Positions 41,065 through 50,174 of a stretch of 64,000 bases of DNA are shown here, piece by piece. Below the pieces are notes generated by a model that did no database searches, was not told where the DNA came from, and saw only the letters and a program-made list of their open reading frames with translations. The stretch's first letter is position 1, and each line of letters opens with the position of its first letter. The stretch spans positions 25,394 through 89,393 of the forward strand of contig NZ_JMCB01000003.1 of NCBI RefSeq assembly GCF_000737315.1. The letters run 5' to 3'. The stretch is from Hyalangium minutum. GTDB lineage: Bacteria > Myxococcota > Myxococcia > Myxococcales > Myxococcaceae. A program made the position numbers and the translations under genes.

Positions 41065-41080
41065 GCAACCGCAGTGCCAG
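41065..41080 (-). promoter_or_regulatory. Sigma54-type promoter upstream of the sigma-factor gene
   Basis: The reverse complement reads 'CTGGCACtgcggTTGCT', which is TGGCAC-N5-TTGC. It sits about 85 nt upstream of the start codon. Confidence 0.45.
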
Positions 41081-41350
41081 CCCCCGTTGACAAAAAATCC
41101 CCTGAGACTGCGCGGGGTTGACTCGGATCCCCTCGGAAGGGGGGACCCGCGGGTGGAAAGCGTTACAGACCGGCGCCGGAAACCTCCGTTCCCACGGTCT
41201 GTAGAAGTTGCGCGACTGTGTTTCAGTCACCTCCGAGCCCAAGGGGAAGAAATGGGACGAGTCTCCCTGCTTTCAAACCCTCTAACGGGGCGCGAGGTTG
41301 TCGTCCGAAGGGCAGACACGCTCGAACCCTCGGAGGGCGAGCGAGGTGGC

Positions 41351-43348
41351 TCAGGCGGCGCGGCGGGTCTCGAGGTAGCGGCGCAGCGGGGCGAGCAGGC
41401 GCTCTGCCTCTCCGGCCGCGAGGGGGCGCTGGCCGAAGCGGGCTTCCAGGTAGCGCCGGGTGATGGGGGCCAAGGGCTCGGCCAGGGAGTGCTGCTCGCG
41501 GACGAGGCGCGTGGTGAGCTCCTCCAGCGACTCATCCGAGCGAGGGCGCAGGCCTGCTTCGCGCAGCAGGCCCTCCACGGAATCGATCAGCTGCGTGGCG
41601 GCGTGCGGGCGGGGCGCGGACAGACGGCCTGAGAGGATGCGCCACGTGCCGTAGGTGAGCAGGCCCACCAGCAGCGCCAGGCCCCAGATGCGGGCCGGGG
41701 GGAGGCGGGAGGACGTGCGGCCGGGCTCGCGCGGCGGACGGATGAGCTTCTGGGCCGCGTCCAGCTGATCTCTCAGCGAGTAGTCGATAACGGAGGTGCG
41801 CCAGCGGGCCTCGATCGCCTCGTAGAGGCCGGTGAGGAACTCGAGCGCGGGCAGGGACTGGCTGGCCCGGTTGCTCGGAGGCGTCGCGTCGATCGTGACA
41901 AAGCCTCGCTCGGGAACGAGCACGTGCGTCCAGGCGTGCGCATCTCCGGCGCGGAGGATGTAATCCTCGGTGGAGCGCTCGCCGCCGAAGAAGCCCGTGG
42001 ACAGCCGCGCGGAGATTCCCTGGGTGCGCAGCATGATCGTCAGTGCGGTGGCGAAGTGCTCGCAATGGCCCGCTTTGCGCTCGAAGAGGAAGTCCGCGAG
42101 GGGATCCTCCACGTCCCCGCTGAGCTCCAGCGTGTATGCGTACTCGCGCTGCAGCCAGGCGGACAGCTTCTGGGCGGCCTTCAGGGGATCCGTCTCTCCG
42201 TCGAGCACCTTGCGCGCCAGCGCCTCCACGCGCGGATCCAGCCGGTCCGGCAGCGCCAGGAGCTGGCCGCGCTCGACCTCGGTGAGCGAGGTGGAGGCAT
42301 CCTCCTCGGGAGGGACGCTGGTGGCCTCGTAGGCGTAGGCGAGGGCGTTCTCGGTGAAGCGCACCTCACCGCCACCGAGCTCCATGAGAGAGGTGCGGCG
42401 GGTGCCGCTCGCCTGATGGGCCACCGCGTTGCCCAGGCGCGTGGGCGTCTCGAGCGCCACCAGGGTTCGGGCGCCATACGCGGGCAGCAGTTCGATGCGC
42501 TGGTGGATGGACTGCTCGCCGCCGGGGCGCAGTGTCACCCGTGGGCGCGAGCGCTTGGGGTTGTTGCCCACGCTCGTCCACTCCTGCCCATCGAAGATGT
42601 CATAGGTTCGGGCCACCCAGTAGGCGCCCAGGTGCTCCACGCCGGGATCGGGCGTGATGTGGGCGCGCAGCACCACGCGAGGGTTGCTCTTGAGCGTCCC
42701 CGCGCCGCCCAGGCGCACCGTGTCCGCCAGGCCAGTGGTGGCGCCCAGGCCCGGTCCGGTCCTTCGGCCGGCCATGCTCCAGTTGAGGCGAGGGAAGAGG
42801 ACGAAGAAGGCCAGCGCGCCCAGCAGCGCGAAGCACAGGCCCAGGGAGAGCGGACGCACCACCTCGCGCACGGGCAGGGGCTCGCCCTCGGGGACGGCGG
42901 CCTCCACCACGGTCAGTCCCATGGACAGGCTGGCGAAGACTGCGTAGGCCACCAGGAACAGGGCAAACGTCAGCTCACCGGAGAGCGCCGCGCCGCCAGC
43001 CACCATCAGCAGGCCGGTCAGCTGCACCTGCCCATCCGTGCGTGAGTCCGGCGTGGACAGGAGCCGGTGGGCGGCGATGAGGCCCGCGAAGGCGCACGCG
43101 GCCACCACGAGATCGAGCTGCCCGACGTACACGGAGAGCCCGAGCATCGCGGCCAGCACCAGCAGCAGCACGGAGGTGCTCTTCGCTCGCTGGGCGAACA
43201 GGCGCTTGCCGAGGAGCGCGCACACGAGCGCCACGCCGAAGAGGCCGATCGCCCATGCGGGCAGCTGGCCGGACACGGCCATGGAGCCGAACGCCGCTCC
43301 GGCGCCCAGATCGCGCAGCCTCAGCCGGAGCCGGGAGGGAGAGCTCAT
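41351..43348 (-). CDS. Transglutaminase-like membrane protein (TgpA-like: N-terminal TM helices plus transglutaminase core)
   Basis: Multiple N-terminal TM helices. Catalytic region 'ERKAGHCEHFATALTIMLR'. Confidence 0.85.
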   Translation of the reverse strand: MSSPSRLRLRLRDLGAGAAFGSMAVSGQLPAWAIGLFGVALVCALLGKRLFAQRAKSTSVLLLVLAAMLGLSVYVGQLDLVVAACAFAGLIAAHRLLSTPDSRTDGQVQLTGLLMVAGGAALSGELTFALFLVAYAVFASLSMGLTVVEAAVPEGEPLPVREVVRPLSLGLCFALLGALAFFVLFPRLNWSMAGRRTGPGLGATTGLADTVRLGGAGTLKSNPRVVLRAHITPDPGVEHLGAYWVARTYDIFDGQEWTSVGNNPKRSRPRVTLRPGGEQSIHQRIELLPAYGARTLVALETPTRLGNAVAHQASGTRRTSLMELGGGEVRFTENALAYAYEATSVPPEEDASTSLTEVERGQLLALPDRLDPRVEALARKVLDGETDPLKAAQKLSAWLQREYAYTLELSGDVEDPLADFLFERKAGHCEHFATALTIMLRTQGISARLSTGFFGGERSTEDYILRAGDAHAWTHVLVPERGFVTIDATPPSNRASQSLPALEFLTGLYEAIEARWRTSVIDYSLRDQLDAAQKLIRPPREPGRTSSRLPPARIWGLALLVGLLTYGTWRILSGRLSAPRPHAATQLIDSVEGLLREAGLRPRSDESLEELTTRLVREQHSLAEPLAPITRRYLEARFGQRPLAAGEAERLLAPLRRYLETRRAA

Positions 43349-44316
43349 GCCGCCTGCTCCTCCTTCTCCCGCTGATCCTCGAAGCCCACCCAGGCCAGGG
43401 CCCGGAGGATGCGCCGCTCTTGGGCACTGCCCGCTGCGGGGCGCAGACGCTCGCCGGGCGTCTCCAGGCCCACCTCATTGCCGGCCTCGATCAGATCGTG
43501 GGTGAGCGCCGCCACCTCCTCGCAGCGCCGATCGAGGGCCTCCCCTTGGAGCCCTCCCTCCACGGTGAGTACATAGGTGCGGCGCTCCTCGCGCTCGCGC
43601 TCCACCTTGAGGAGCTTCCCCACGGAGGCGCTCTTGCGCCAGTGCACGCGGCGCGCATCCTCGGTGGGCCCCAGCTCGCGCAGGCCCGCCACGTCGCCGG
43701 TGCCATCATTGCTGCGAGGGGTGCTCGCGTCGCCGTACGCGCCCTGCAGCGCCCGGCCCGGCAGCTGGCACGCGTAGCCTCGGCGCGGGTACACCAGCAG
43801 GGTGCCGTCCAGCTCGAACACGCGTGTCTTGGCGAAGAGGCCCAGCGGCCATGTCGTGGTGAGCCGGACGCCGCTCAGCCGCAGGGGCCCTCGGCGGGGT
43901 GCGGTCAGGTCCGCGCGGACGACGTGCTCCACACGCGTGCGCAGGTAGCCCACGCGGCCCTCGCCAGTGAGCGGGCTGTCCACCTCGCTCAGCGTGAGAG
44001 CGAAGGAGTTGCCCAGGCGGCGGGTGAGGGCCCAGCGGAAGGCGAAGGGCTCGCCCGCGAAGGCGGACTCGGTGCCCAAGCGGCGGATCGTGAGGTAGCG
44101 CAGGCAGCGCTCGGAGAGCACGCCGGAGGCCACCACCATGGCCAGCAGCAAGCCGAGCACGAGGTAGAGCAGGTTGTTGCCGGTGTTCAGCGCGCCCAGG
44201 CCCACGCCGAACGTCACCACGAGGTACGTGCGCCCCACGCGCGTCACCTTCAAGGTGCGCGGAGGGCGCAGCAGGGCGCGCAGCCGCGCCCACTTCGCCT
44301 GGAGCCACGTCTTCAC
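43345..44316 (-). CDS. DUF58-domain protein (MoxR/transglutaminase operon partner)
   Basis: TM segment 'YLVLGLLLAMVVASGVL'. The DUF58-like core has a GTG start overlapping the moxR stop (GTGA). Its stop overlaps the tgpA-like start. Confidence 0.7.
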   Translation of the reverse strand: MKTWLQAKWARLRALLRPPRTLKVTRVGRTYLVVTFGVGLGALNTGNNLLYLVLGLLLAMVVASGVLSERCLRYLTIRRLGTESAFAGEPFAFRWALTRRLGNSFALTLSEVDSPLTGEGRVGYLRTRVEHVVRADLTAPRRGPLRLSGVRLTTTWPLGLFAKTRVFELDGTLLVYPRRGYACQLPGRALQGAYGDASTPRSNDGTGDVAGLRELGPTEDARRVHWRKSASVGKLLKVEREREERRTYVLTVEGGLQGEALDRRCEEVAALTHDLIEAGNEVGLETPGERLRPAAGSAQERRILRALAWVGFEDQREKEEQAA

Positions 44317-45293
44317 CGAGGTGCTGCCACCTTTCGGGAGATCTCCTCGACCAGGTGCGCCGCCTCGTCCCGGGCCGCCGCGCCCTGCACGTTGCTGCGC
44401 AGCAGGAGCCGGTGCGCCAGGCACGGTACCAGCACCGCGCGGATGTCCCCCGGCGTCACGAAGTCACGCCCCTCCCACAGGGCATGCGCCCGGGCCGCCG
44501 AGCCCACCGCCAGCACCGCGCGGGTGGAAGCACCGCGCTCGATGTCGCCGTGCTCGCGCGTGGCCCGGGCCAGCCGGACGACGTACTCCGCCACGGCCTC
44601 GTCGATGCGCATCTCCGCGGCGAGCGCCCGCAGGCCGCTCAGCTCCTCCGGCCCGGTGACGGGCTCCAGTGCATCCACCGGAGGCGTCCGCCCGCGCGTG
44701 GTGAGCAGCCGCGCTTCGACTTCGGGGGCCGGGTGCCCCAGCGACAGCCGCATGAGGAAGCGATCCAGCTGCGAGTCCGGAAGCGGATAGGTACCCGTGA
44801 GATCCAGCGGGTTCTGCGTGGCCACCACCGTGAAGGGGGAGGGCAGGGGATAGGTGTTCCCATCCATCGACACCTGTCCCTGCGCCATGCCCTCGAGAAG
44901 GGCGGATTGGGTGCGCGGGGGCGCGCGGTTGAGCTCATCGGCCAGCACGAGCTGCCGGAAGATGGGCCCCTGGCGGAAGGAGAAGGTGGCGTTGGTGGCG
45001 TTGAACACCTGCGCGCCCAGGATGTCCGCGGGCATCAGGTCCGCGGTGAACTGGATGCGCGAGAAGCTCAGCCCACAGGAGCGCGCCAGCGCCTCGGCCA
45101 GCGTCGTCTTGCCCACGCCGGGCACGTCCTCCAAGAGGAGGTGGCCTCCAGCGATGAGACAGGTGACGGTGAGGCGGGCTTGGGCCTCCTTTCCCTGCAC
45201 CACGCTCGACAGGTGAGCGGAGATCCGCTCCATGACCGAGCGCGCGGAATCAACAGGGGGGGCGGAGGCGATGGCGCGGGCAGGTTGGTTCAT
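44313..45293 (-). CDS. MoxR-family AAA+ ATPase
   Basis: Walker A 'GVGKTTLAEALA'. MoxR motifs 'FSRIQFTADLMPADILG' and 'VLADELNRAPPRTQSALLE'. Confidence 0.9.
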   Translation of the reverse strand: MNQPARAIASAPPVDSARSVMERISAHLSSVVQGKEAQARLTVTCLIAGGHLLLEDVPGVGKTTLAEALARSCGLSFSRIQFTADLMPADILGAQVFNATNATFSFRQGPIFRQLVLADELNRAPPRTQSALLEGMAQGQVSMDGNTYPLPSPFTVVATQNPLDLTGTYPLPDSQLDRFLMRLSLGHPAPEVEARLLTTRGRTPPVDALEPVTGPEELSGLRALAAEMRIDEAVAEYVVRLARATREHGDIERGASTRAVLAVGSAARAHALWEGRDFVTPGDIRAVLVPCLAHRLLLRSNVQGAAARDEAAHLVEEISRKVAAPR

Positions 45294-45357
45294 CTGTCCG
45301 CGCAGTCTACCCGAGGCGTCTCGGGGGAGGGACTGCTCGCTGCCTAAGCAACCAACT

Positions 45358-45678
45358 TCAGGCGAGGATCTCTTCCGGCGTGTAGTAGGCCCGGGGCTCC
45401 GAGCCCGTGCTCACCCCGAAATAGCGGAACATCCGCTCGTGGTGCCCGGCCAGCCCGCGCAGCTCCACCTTGTTGTGCGCGCCCAGATCCTTGGTCAGCA
45501 CCACCACCGCTGTGTCCTTGAACTCGCGCAGGTGCGCGAAGTCCAGCACCACCTCGCGGGAGCCCAGAGCCTCCAGCGAGTGACGCAGCTGCGCCGCCGT
45601 GCGCCAGTCCAGCGTCCCCTCGAGCCGAAGGGTGATGCGCCCTGCGAGCTCTTCCTGGTGGATTTGCAGCCCCGACAT
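45358..45678 (-). CDS. STAS-domain protein (anti-sigma-factor-antagonist-like)
   Basis: About 106 aa with a SpoIIAA-like pattern: 'LRLEGTLDW..AAQLR..L' then 'VVLDFAHLREFKDTAVVVL'. Confidence 0.6.
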   Translation of the reverse strand: MSGLQIHQEELAGRITLRLEGTLDWRTAAQLRHSLEALGSREVVLDFAHLREFKDTAVVVLTKDLGAHNKVELRGLAGHHERMFRYFGVSTGSEPRAYYTPEEILA

Positions 45679-45825
45679 GATGGTCGTCTCCCTAAATATT
45701 GGAAATTCCGAGGGGTGTTCCTGTGTGGAGGGCACAATTCGCGCAAACCCCGGGCTTTTGCATCCCCCCCCGGCATTTATTGCGCGAAATGTTCTGCACC
45801 CACCGGAATGGGTGTTGCACAGCGG

Positions 45826-46563
45826 TCAGCTCTTGCCGGCTTCCGTCGGCTGCTGAGCACGCAAGGTCAGCTCGCGTTCCTGCTGAGCCTTCAGCTTGCG
45901 GAACTCCTTCACGACCTTGGTCGGGTAGCCGGCGATGAACTTCTTCCGGGACTCGCGCTTGGCGAGGATCTTCTTCGCCAGCCCCGGGCCCGCGTTGTAC
46001 GCGACGAGCGCGTGCTCCACGTTGCCGAAGCGCTGGATGAGGTTGGCCAGGTACGCGGTGCCCAGCTCGATGTTCGTCTCCGCGTCGAACAGGTTGGTGG
46101 AGCGCCCCAGCCGGAAGCCCGCCTTGTCCGCCAGGTAGGTGCCCGTGTCCGGCATCACCTGCATCAGGCCCATGGCCCCCACGCCGGACACCGCGTAGTT
46201 GTTGAACGAGCTCTCGCAGCGGATGAGCGCAATCACCAGCATCGGGTCGATGTCGTTGCGCTGGGCCTCGCGGACGATGGCCACCGCCACCCGCCGCTGC
46301 TGCCGGAGCGGCAGGCCCGAGGCCCTCACCGCCTCCGCCACCCCCAGGCGCATCGCCTCCTGGAAGTGGACCTCATCCTCGTACGCCTGCAGGCGGGCCT
46401 GCGCCTCCCGAAGCGCTGCCTCGCGCTCGGCCAGCTTCGCTTTCAGCTCCTCCACCTGAGGCGCCTCCACCACCGTCCTGTCGGGGACCAGCAAGGGATA
46501 GCTGGGAATGGCCGCCCCCGTCATCACCGCCGCCGCCGCCGCCGCCACCGTCCAACGCCGCAT
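45826..46563 (-). CDS. Lytic transglycosylase (SLT domain) with an N-terminal coiled coil
   Basis: 'ESSFNNYAVSGVGAMGLMQVMPDTG' is an SLT catalytic motif. A signal peptide is present. Confidence 0.85.
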   Translation of the reverse strand: MRRWTVAAAAAAVMTGAAIPSYPLLVPDRTVVEAPQVEELKAKLAEREAALREAQARLQAYEDEVHFQEAMRLGVAEAVRASGLPLRQQRRVAVAIVREAQRNDIDPMLVIALIRCESSFNNYAVSGVGAMGLMQVMPDTGTYLADKAGFRLGRSTNLFDAETNIELGTAYLANLIQRFGNVEHALVAYNAGPGLAKKILAKRESRKKFIAGYPTKVVKEFRKLKAQQERELTLRAQQPTEAGKS

Positions 46564-46772
46564 GTCCTACCTCCCCCATCCACCCAAACTGCCACCGGCC
46601 ACACCTGCCTTTCCGCTAAGCACCCGCCGTGCCAGCGTCCGAGTCTCAGTTCTAGATCATTAAGATCCCTAGGAAACAGAAGCGGGTGCGTGGACGAAGG
46701 TCGGGGAGTGAAGGTCGGTAGAAATGCCCGGATGGGGAAATGCTTTACCCACAACGAGGCTGTTGAAAGCTC

Positions 46773-46787
46773 TGGCACGGTGATCGC
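46773..46787 (+). promoter_or_regulatory. Possible sigma54 promoter upstream of the small membrane-protein gene
   Basis: 'TGGCACggtgaTCGC', with one mismatch in the -12 element. Confidence 0.25.
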
Positions 46788-46873
46788 GAGCCCTTGCCGG
46801 GGCAAAGGGGGCTCCCTAGCTTCGCCCACATTGACGGGTGTGTGGCCAGGAGGGCGGCGGCGTGTATTGGACA

Positions 46874-47017
46874 ATGAGCATCATCCTGTTCGTGCTGTGG
46901 ATGTTGGGGCTGATCACCGGCTCCACCGAGGGCTACTGGGTCTATCTCCTGTTGCTCTTCTCGATGGTGTCGCTGGTGCTGGCGGTGTCGAACCGTGGGA
47001 AGCGGTTGGTGGCATGA
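46874..47017 (+). CDS. lmo0937-family small membrane protein (47 aa); not in the ORF track
   Basis: 'MSIILFVLWMLGLITGSTEGYWVYLLLLFSMVSLVLAVSNRGKRLVA'. Its stop overlaps the downstream ATG (ATGA). Confidence 0.6.
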   Translation: MSIILFVLWMLGLITGSTEGYWVYLLLLFSMVSLVLAVSNRGKRLVA

Positions 47018-47571
47018 GCGCGCCGCAGGGGCTGGAGATCGAGCTGCCTCGGGATGCCTCCGGCTTCGTGCGGCGGCAGTGCCCGAGCTGCCTGCGCATC
47101 TTCAAGACGCGCCCGAGCCGGTTCGATGCGCGGAGCCTGCAGCGCCGGCTCCTGGTGATGTTCCCCTTCGAGAATCCGCACGAGGGCTATGAGCCGGTGC
47201 CCACGTGGACGTGCTTCTACTGTGGACACCAGGCCGACGCGGACGAGTGGCTGGTCCGGGACCACGTGGCGTACCTGGAGTCGCTGGCGAGGGGGCTCGC
47301 CAACCACGTGCGCTACGAGCAGCTCGCCCATGTGACGCGCACGCTGTCGCTGAACCCGCGGCCCACCTTCGTGGCCGTGCCGCCCGAGGCGCTGCCTCAG
47401 GGCATGCCGGACGAGCCGGAGGATCTGCGCCCCCTCTATCTGGTGTGCTGCGCGGATGATGTGAAGGCGCTCTGGGACTGGGACGGCCCGTTCTACTGCC
47501 CTCGGTGCGGCGCGCACCACGGGGGCCTGGCTGGCCGCCAGCAGGTCCACCTGGAGTTCATCCAGGAGTAG
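47014..47571 (+). CDS. Zinc-ribbon hypothetical protein (three CxxC pairs)
   Basis: 'CPSC', 'CFYC', 'CPRC'. This is the only protein-like part of the long artefactual 45232-47571 ORF. Confidence 0.55.
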   Translation: MSAPQGLEIELPRDASGFVRRQCPSCLRIFKTRPSRFDARSLQRRLLVMFPFENPHEGYEPVPTWTCFYCGHQADADEWLVRDHVAYLESLARGLANHVRYEQLAHVTRTLSLNPRPTFVAVPPEALPQGMPDEPEDLRPLYLVCCADDVKALWDWDGPFYCPRCGAHHGGLAGRQQVHLEFIQE

Positions 47572-47607
47572 ACGCCACCCGCTCGGCCAGAGCAGGCTGT
47601 CGGGCCC

Positions 47608-48675
47608 ATGCGGATGGCACGAGTCGCGGTGCCGCTGATCTTGCTGCTCGGAGCAGGGGCGGCCCGCGCGCACGACGCGGACATCATCTATACGCAGGTT
47701 CGGCGCACCGATCCTGGGAGCGCCGAGGTTCGCGTGCGGCTGACGCTCACCGGGAGCACGCTGAGCCTGCTGGTGCCCACGGATGCGGAGGGTGATGGGG
47801 CGGTCTCGCAGGCGGATCTGGAGGCGCGCCGCCCGGCCCTCGAGGTAGGGATCTGGGATGCGCTGCCGCTCACCGCTGGAGGGCAGCCCTGCACGCGCCA
47901 GGCGCACGTCGCCAAGCGGGTCGAGTCGTACGTGGAGCTGACCGCCACCTTCCAATGTCCGCCTGGCCCCCTGCGGCAGACGTACACGGTGCTCTCGGTG
48001 CTGCCGGCCAACTACCGGGTGGTGCTGGGCTCCTATGGAGGGGAGGGGGGCCAGCTCTTCGCGGACGCCGTGCGGCCCAGCCTGGACATCCCCGAGCGAG
48101 GCGGCTCGGCCCGGAGCACCTTCGCTCCGGGCTTCGTGGGCTGGGTCCAACTGGGGATGAAGCACATCTTCGAGGGCATCGACCACCTCGCCTTCCTGAT
48201 CGCGCTGCTGCTGGTGGGGGGCAGCCTCAAGCGGGTGCTGGGGATGGTGACGGCCTTCACGGTGGCGCACTCGCTCACCCTGGGAGCCACGGCGCTGGGC
48301 TTCATTCTCCTGGACACGGCGCGGACGCGCTGGGTGGAGGCGGCCATTGCTGTCTCCATCATCTATGTGGCGGCGGAGAACCTGTTGTTGCGTGAACACC
48401 GCCACCGGGCGCTGCTGACGTTCCTCTTCGGACTGGTGCACGGCTTTGGCTTCGCCAGCGTGCTGAGCGCCTACGGGCTGGGGGAGCAGGTGGCGTCCGG
48501 CCTGTTCGGCTTCAACCTCGGGGTGGAGCTGGGGCAGGCGGTGATCGTCACGGCTTTGCTGCCCCTCATGCGGCTGATTCAGCGCCGGCCCAGAGTGAAC
48601 CTGTGGACGGTGCGAGCGCTCTCCTCCGTCATCCTCTGCGCGGGAGCGTGGTGGTTGTATTCGCGCATCGGTTGA
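47608..48675 (+). CDS. HupE/UreJ-family (Ni/Co transporter-like) membrane protein with an N-terminal periplasmic domain
   Basis: Signal peptide, 'HIFEGIDHLAFLIALLLVGG', and repeated 'H..G' TM motifs. Confidence 0.75.
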   Translation: MRMARVAVPLILLLGAGAARAHDADIIYTQVRRTDPGSAEVRVRLTLTGSTLSLLVPTDAEGDGAVSQADLEARRPALEVGIWDALPLTAGGQPCTRQAHVAKRVESYVELTATFQCPPGPLRQTYTVLSVLPANYRVVLGSYGGEGGQLFADAVRPSLDIPERGGSARSTFAPGFVGWVQLGMKHIFEGIDHLAFLIALLLVGGSLKRVLGMVTAFTVAHSLTLGATALGFILLDTARTRWVEAAIAVSIIYVAAENLLLREHRHRALLTFLFGLVHGFGFASVLSAYGLGEQVASGLFGFNLGVELGQAVIVTALLPLMRLIQRRPRVNLWTVRALSSVILCAGAWWLYSRIG

Positions 48676-48737
48676 AGTCTCGCGACCCCATCCCTAACTT
48701 GCCGCGGAAGGTCACGGTAGGGAGAAGGGGGACGCAG

Positions 48738-49208
48738 ATGGGAGCGAGGCATACTCGCTTGGCGGCGGCGCTCGCCGCTGCTTGGGAAGCCGAAGTGGTC
48801 TCGGCGCGCCGCATGACGGCTCTGGCCGAGCGCGTCGGAGATCCGCGAGCACGGGCGCGCTTGATGGTGCTGGCCGCCTTCTGCCGGGCCCATGCGTCCC
48901 GATTGCTGGCCCGCCTGGCGGCGCTCGGCCGAGGCCCTCTGCCCGTGCCCTCCGAGGACATCGACGTCAGCGCGGACCTGGCCCTGGAGCTGCGGAGGGA
49001 GGGAGCGTTCGCCCGCACTGCCGCCTCGCGTTATGAGTCCACGGCGGAGATGGCGCGCCAGCACGCGGATCTGTCGTCCGCGTGGGTCTGCGAGCTCAAC
49101 CGTACGGAAGAGCAGGATCGGTCCCGGGAGCTGCTCTCCCTGGCCGAGGGCGTGCTGCCTCCGGTGGGGCTCGAGGACTCGGCGGCTGCGGCTCCGGCCG
49201 ATTCCTAG
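48738..49208 (+). CDS. Hypothetical alpha-helical protein
   Basis: SD sequence 'GGAGAAGGGGG' lies upstream of the ATG at 48738. Confidence 0.45.
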   Translation: MGARHTRLAAALAAAWEAEVVSARRMTALAERVGDPRARARLMVLAAFCRAHASRLLARLAALGRGPLPVPSEDIDVSADLALELRREGAFARTAASRYESTAEMARQHADLSSAWVCELNRTEEQDRSRELLSLAEGVLPPVGLEDSAAAAPADS

Positions 49209-49258
49209 GCCGCCCGGGGCGCACTCCTGCTGACAGCCGCTGGGGCTTGGGCGTATGA

Positions 49259-50041
49259 ATGCGTCCCATGGCGAAGGCGGAGAGCTACAACGATCTCATC
49301 TTCCAGCTCGGCGATCTGGCGCGGGACCGTCTGCCCGGTAAGCCGAACTGCCCGCGGACCATGGACCGCGTCTACCGCGCCGAGGAGGGGCTGGTGGCGC
49401 GGCGCGATGAGCTGGGGGCGCTCGAGCAGGAGATGAACGAAGAGGATGCGTCCTGGCAGGACTTCCAGGCGCAGCAGGCTCAGGAGAAGGCAGGGCTCCA
49501 GGTCACCATCAAGAAGTTCAAGAAGGCCGTGGACGCCATCGAGGGCAAGGTGCGCGAGATGCGCAAGGCGCTCTCCTCCAAGAAGGCCGAGCTGCGCTAC
49601 GGCTTGGACGGCCTGAAGAAGCTCGAGGCGAAGATCCACGACATGGAGATGACGCGCAAAGACCCCCTCGAGGTGGCGACCGCGCGCGAGAACCTGAAGA
49701 AGAACCGGCTGAAGATGATGCGCATGCAGCGCGACATCGAACAGATTCAGGACGATCTGGATCAGGCGCTCACGCCGGTTCCGGGCCAGCCTGGGGCGCC
49801 GGGCATCCTGGCGCACAAGCGCATGCTCGAGATCCAGGACGAGGCGGAGGAGCGCAAGGACGCCTTCGAGCAGCGGATGGCGGAGCTGGACGAGGCCATC
49901 GGCCAGAAGGAGCAGGAGATCCAGGCGGCGGAAGACTATTTGGATCAGGCGTTGTTCCTGCTCGGCGAAGACGTCTATAAGCAGCGGATCGCCGATGCCC
50001 AGCTGGCGCCGTTCTACCCGAGACTCGATCGCGCCCAGTGA
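49259..50041 (+). CDS. Coiled-coil hypothetical protein
   Basis: Heptad-rich charged sequence. No motif recognised. Confidence 0.5.
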   Translation: MRPMAKAESYNDLIFQLGDLARDRLPGKPNCPRTMDRVYRAEEGLVARRDELGALEQEMNEEDASWQDFQAQQAQEKAGLQVTIKKFKKAVDAIEGKVREMRKALSSKKAELRYGLDGLKKLEAKIHDMEMTRKDPLEVATARENLKKNRLKMMRMQRDIEQIQDDLDQALTPVPGQPGAPGILAHKRMLEIQDEAEERKDAFEQRMAELDEAIGQKEQEIQAAEDYLDQALFLLGEDVYKQRIADAQLAPFYPRLDRAQ

Positions 50042-50174
50042 GGGCGGATCCGCTATCGGTGCTTGACGGCAGGGGTGCGTCTGCTAGATTGCGCCGCTTC
50101 CTGCAGCCCGGAAGGGCTAGGCAGCGGATTTCATTGAGTTTTTCTGCGCCACGCGCGCTCGCAGTGAGGATGAC

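Noticed and set aside
40981-41350. Possible tRNA in the 370-bp gap between the sigma-factor and transglutaminase genes
   Set aside because: A 'TCGAACC' string is present, but no acceptor stem or T-arm pairing or cloverleaf could be built by eye. A sigma54 promoter is called there instead.
45232-47571. 779-aa plus-strand ORF spanning the moxR upstream region to the zinc-ribbon gene
   Set aside because: Only the last ~185 aa look protein-like. The rest is antisense to the STAS and lytic transglycosylase genes and is R/P/G-rich. It is split into the 46874-47017 small ORF and the 47014-47571 CDS.
46942-48441. 499-aa minus-strand ORF opposite the HupE/UreJ gene
   Set aside because: R/Q/E/P-rich artefact. 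The plus strand encodes a typical HupE/UreJ membrane protein.
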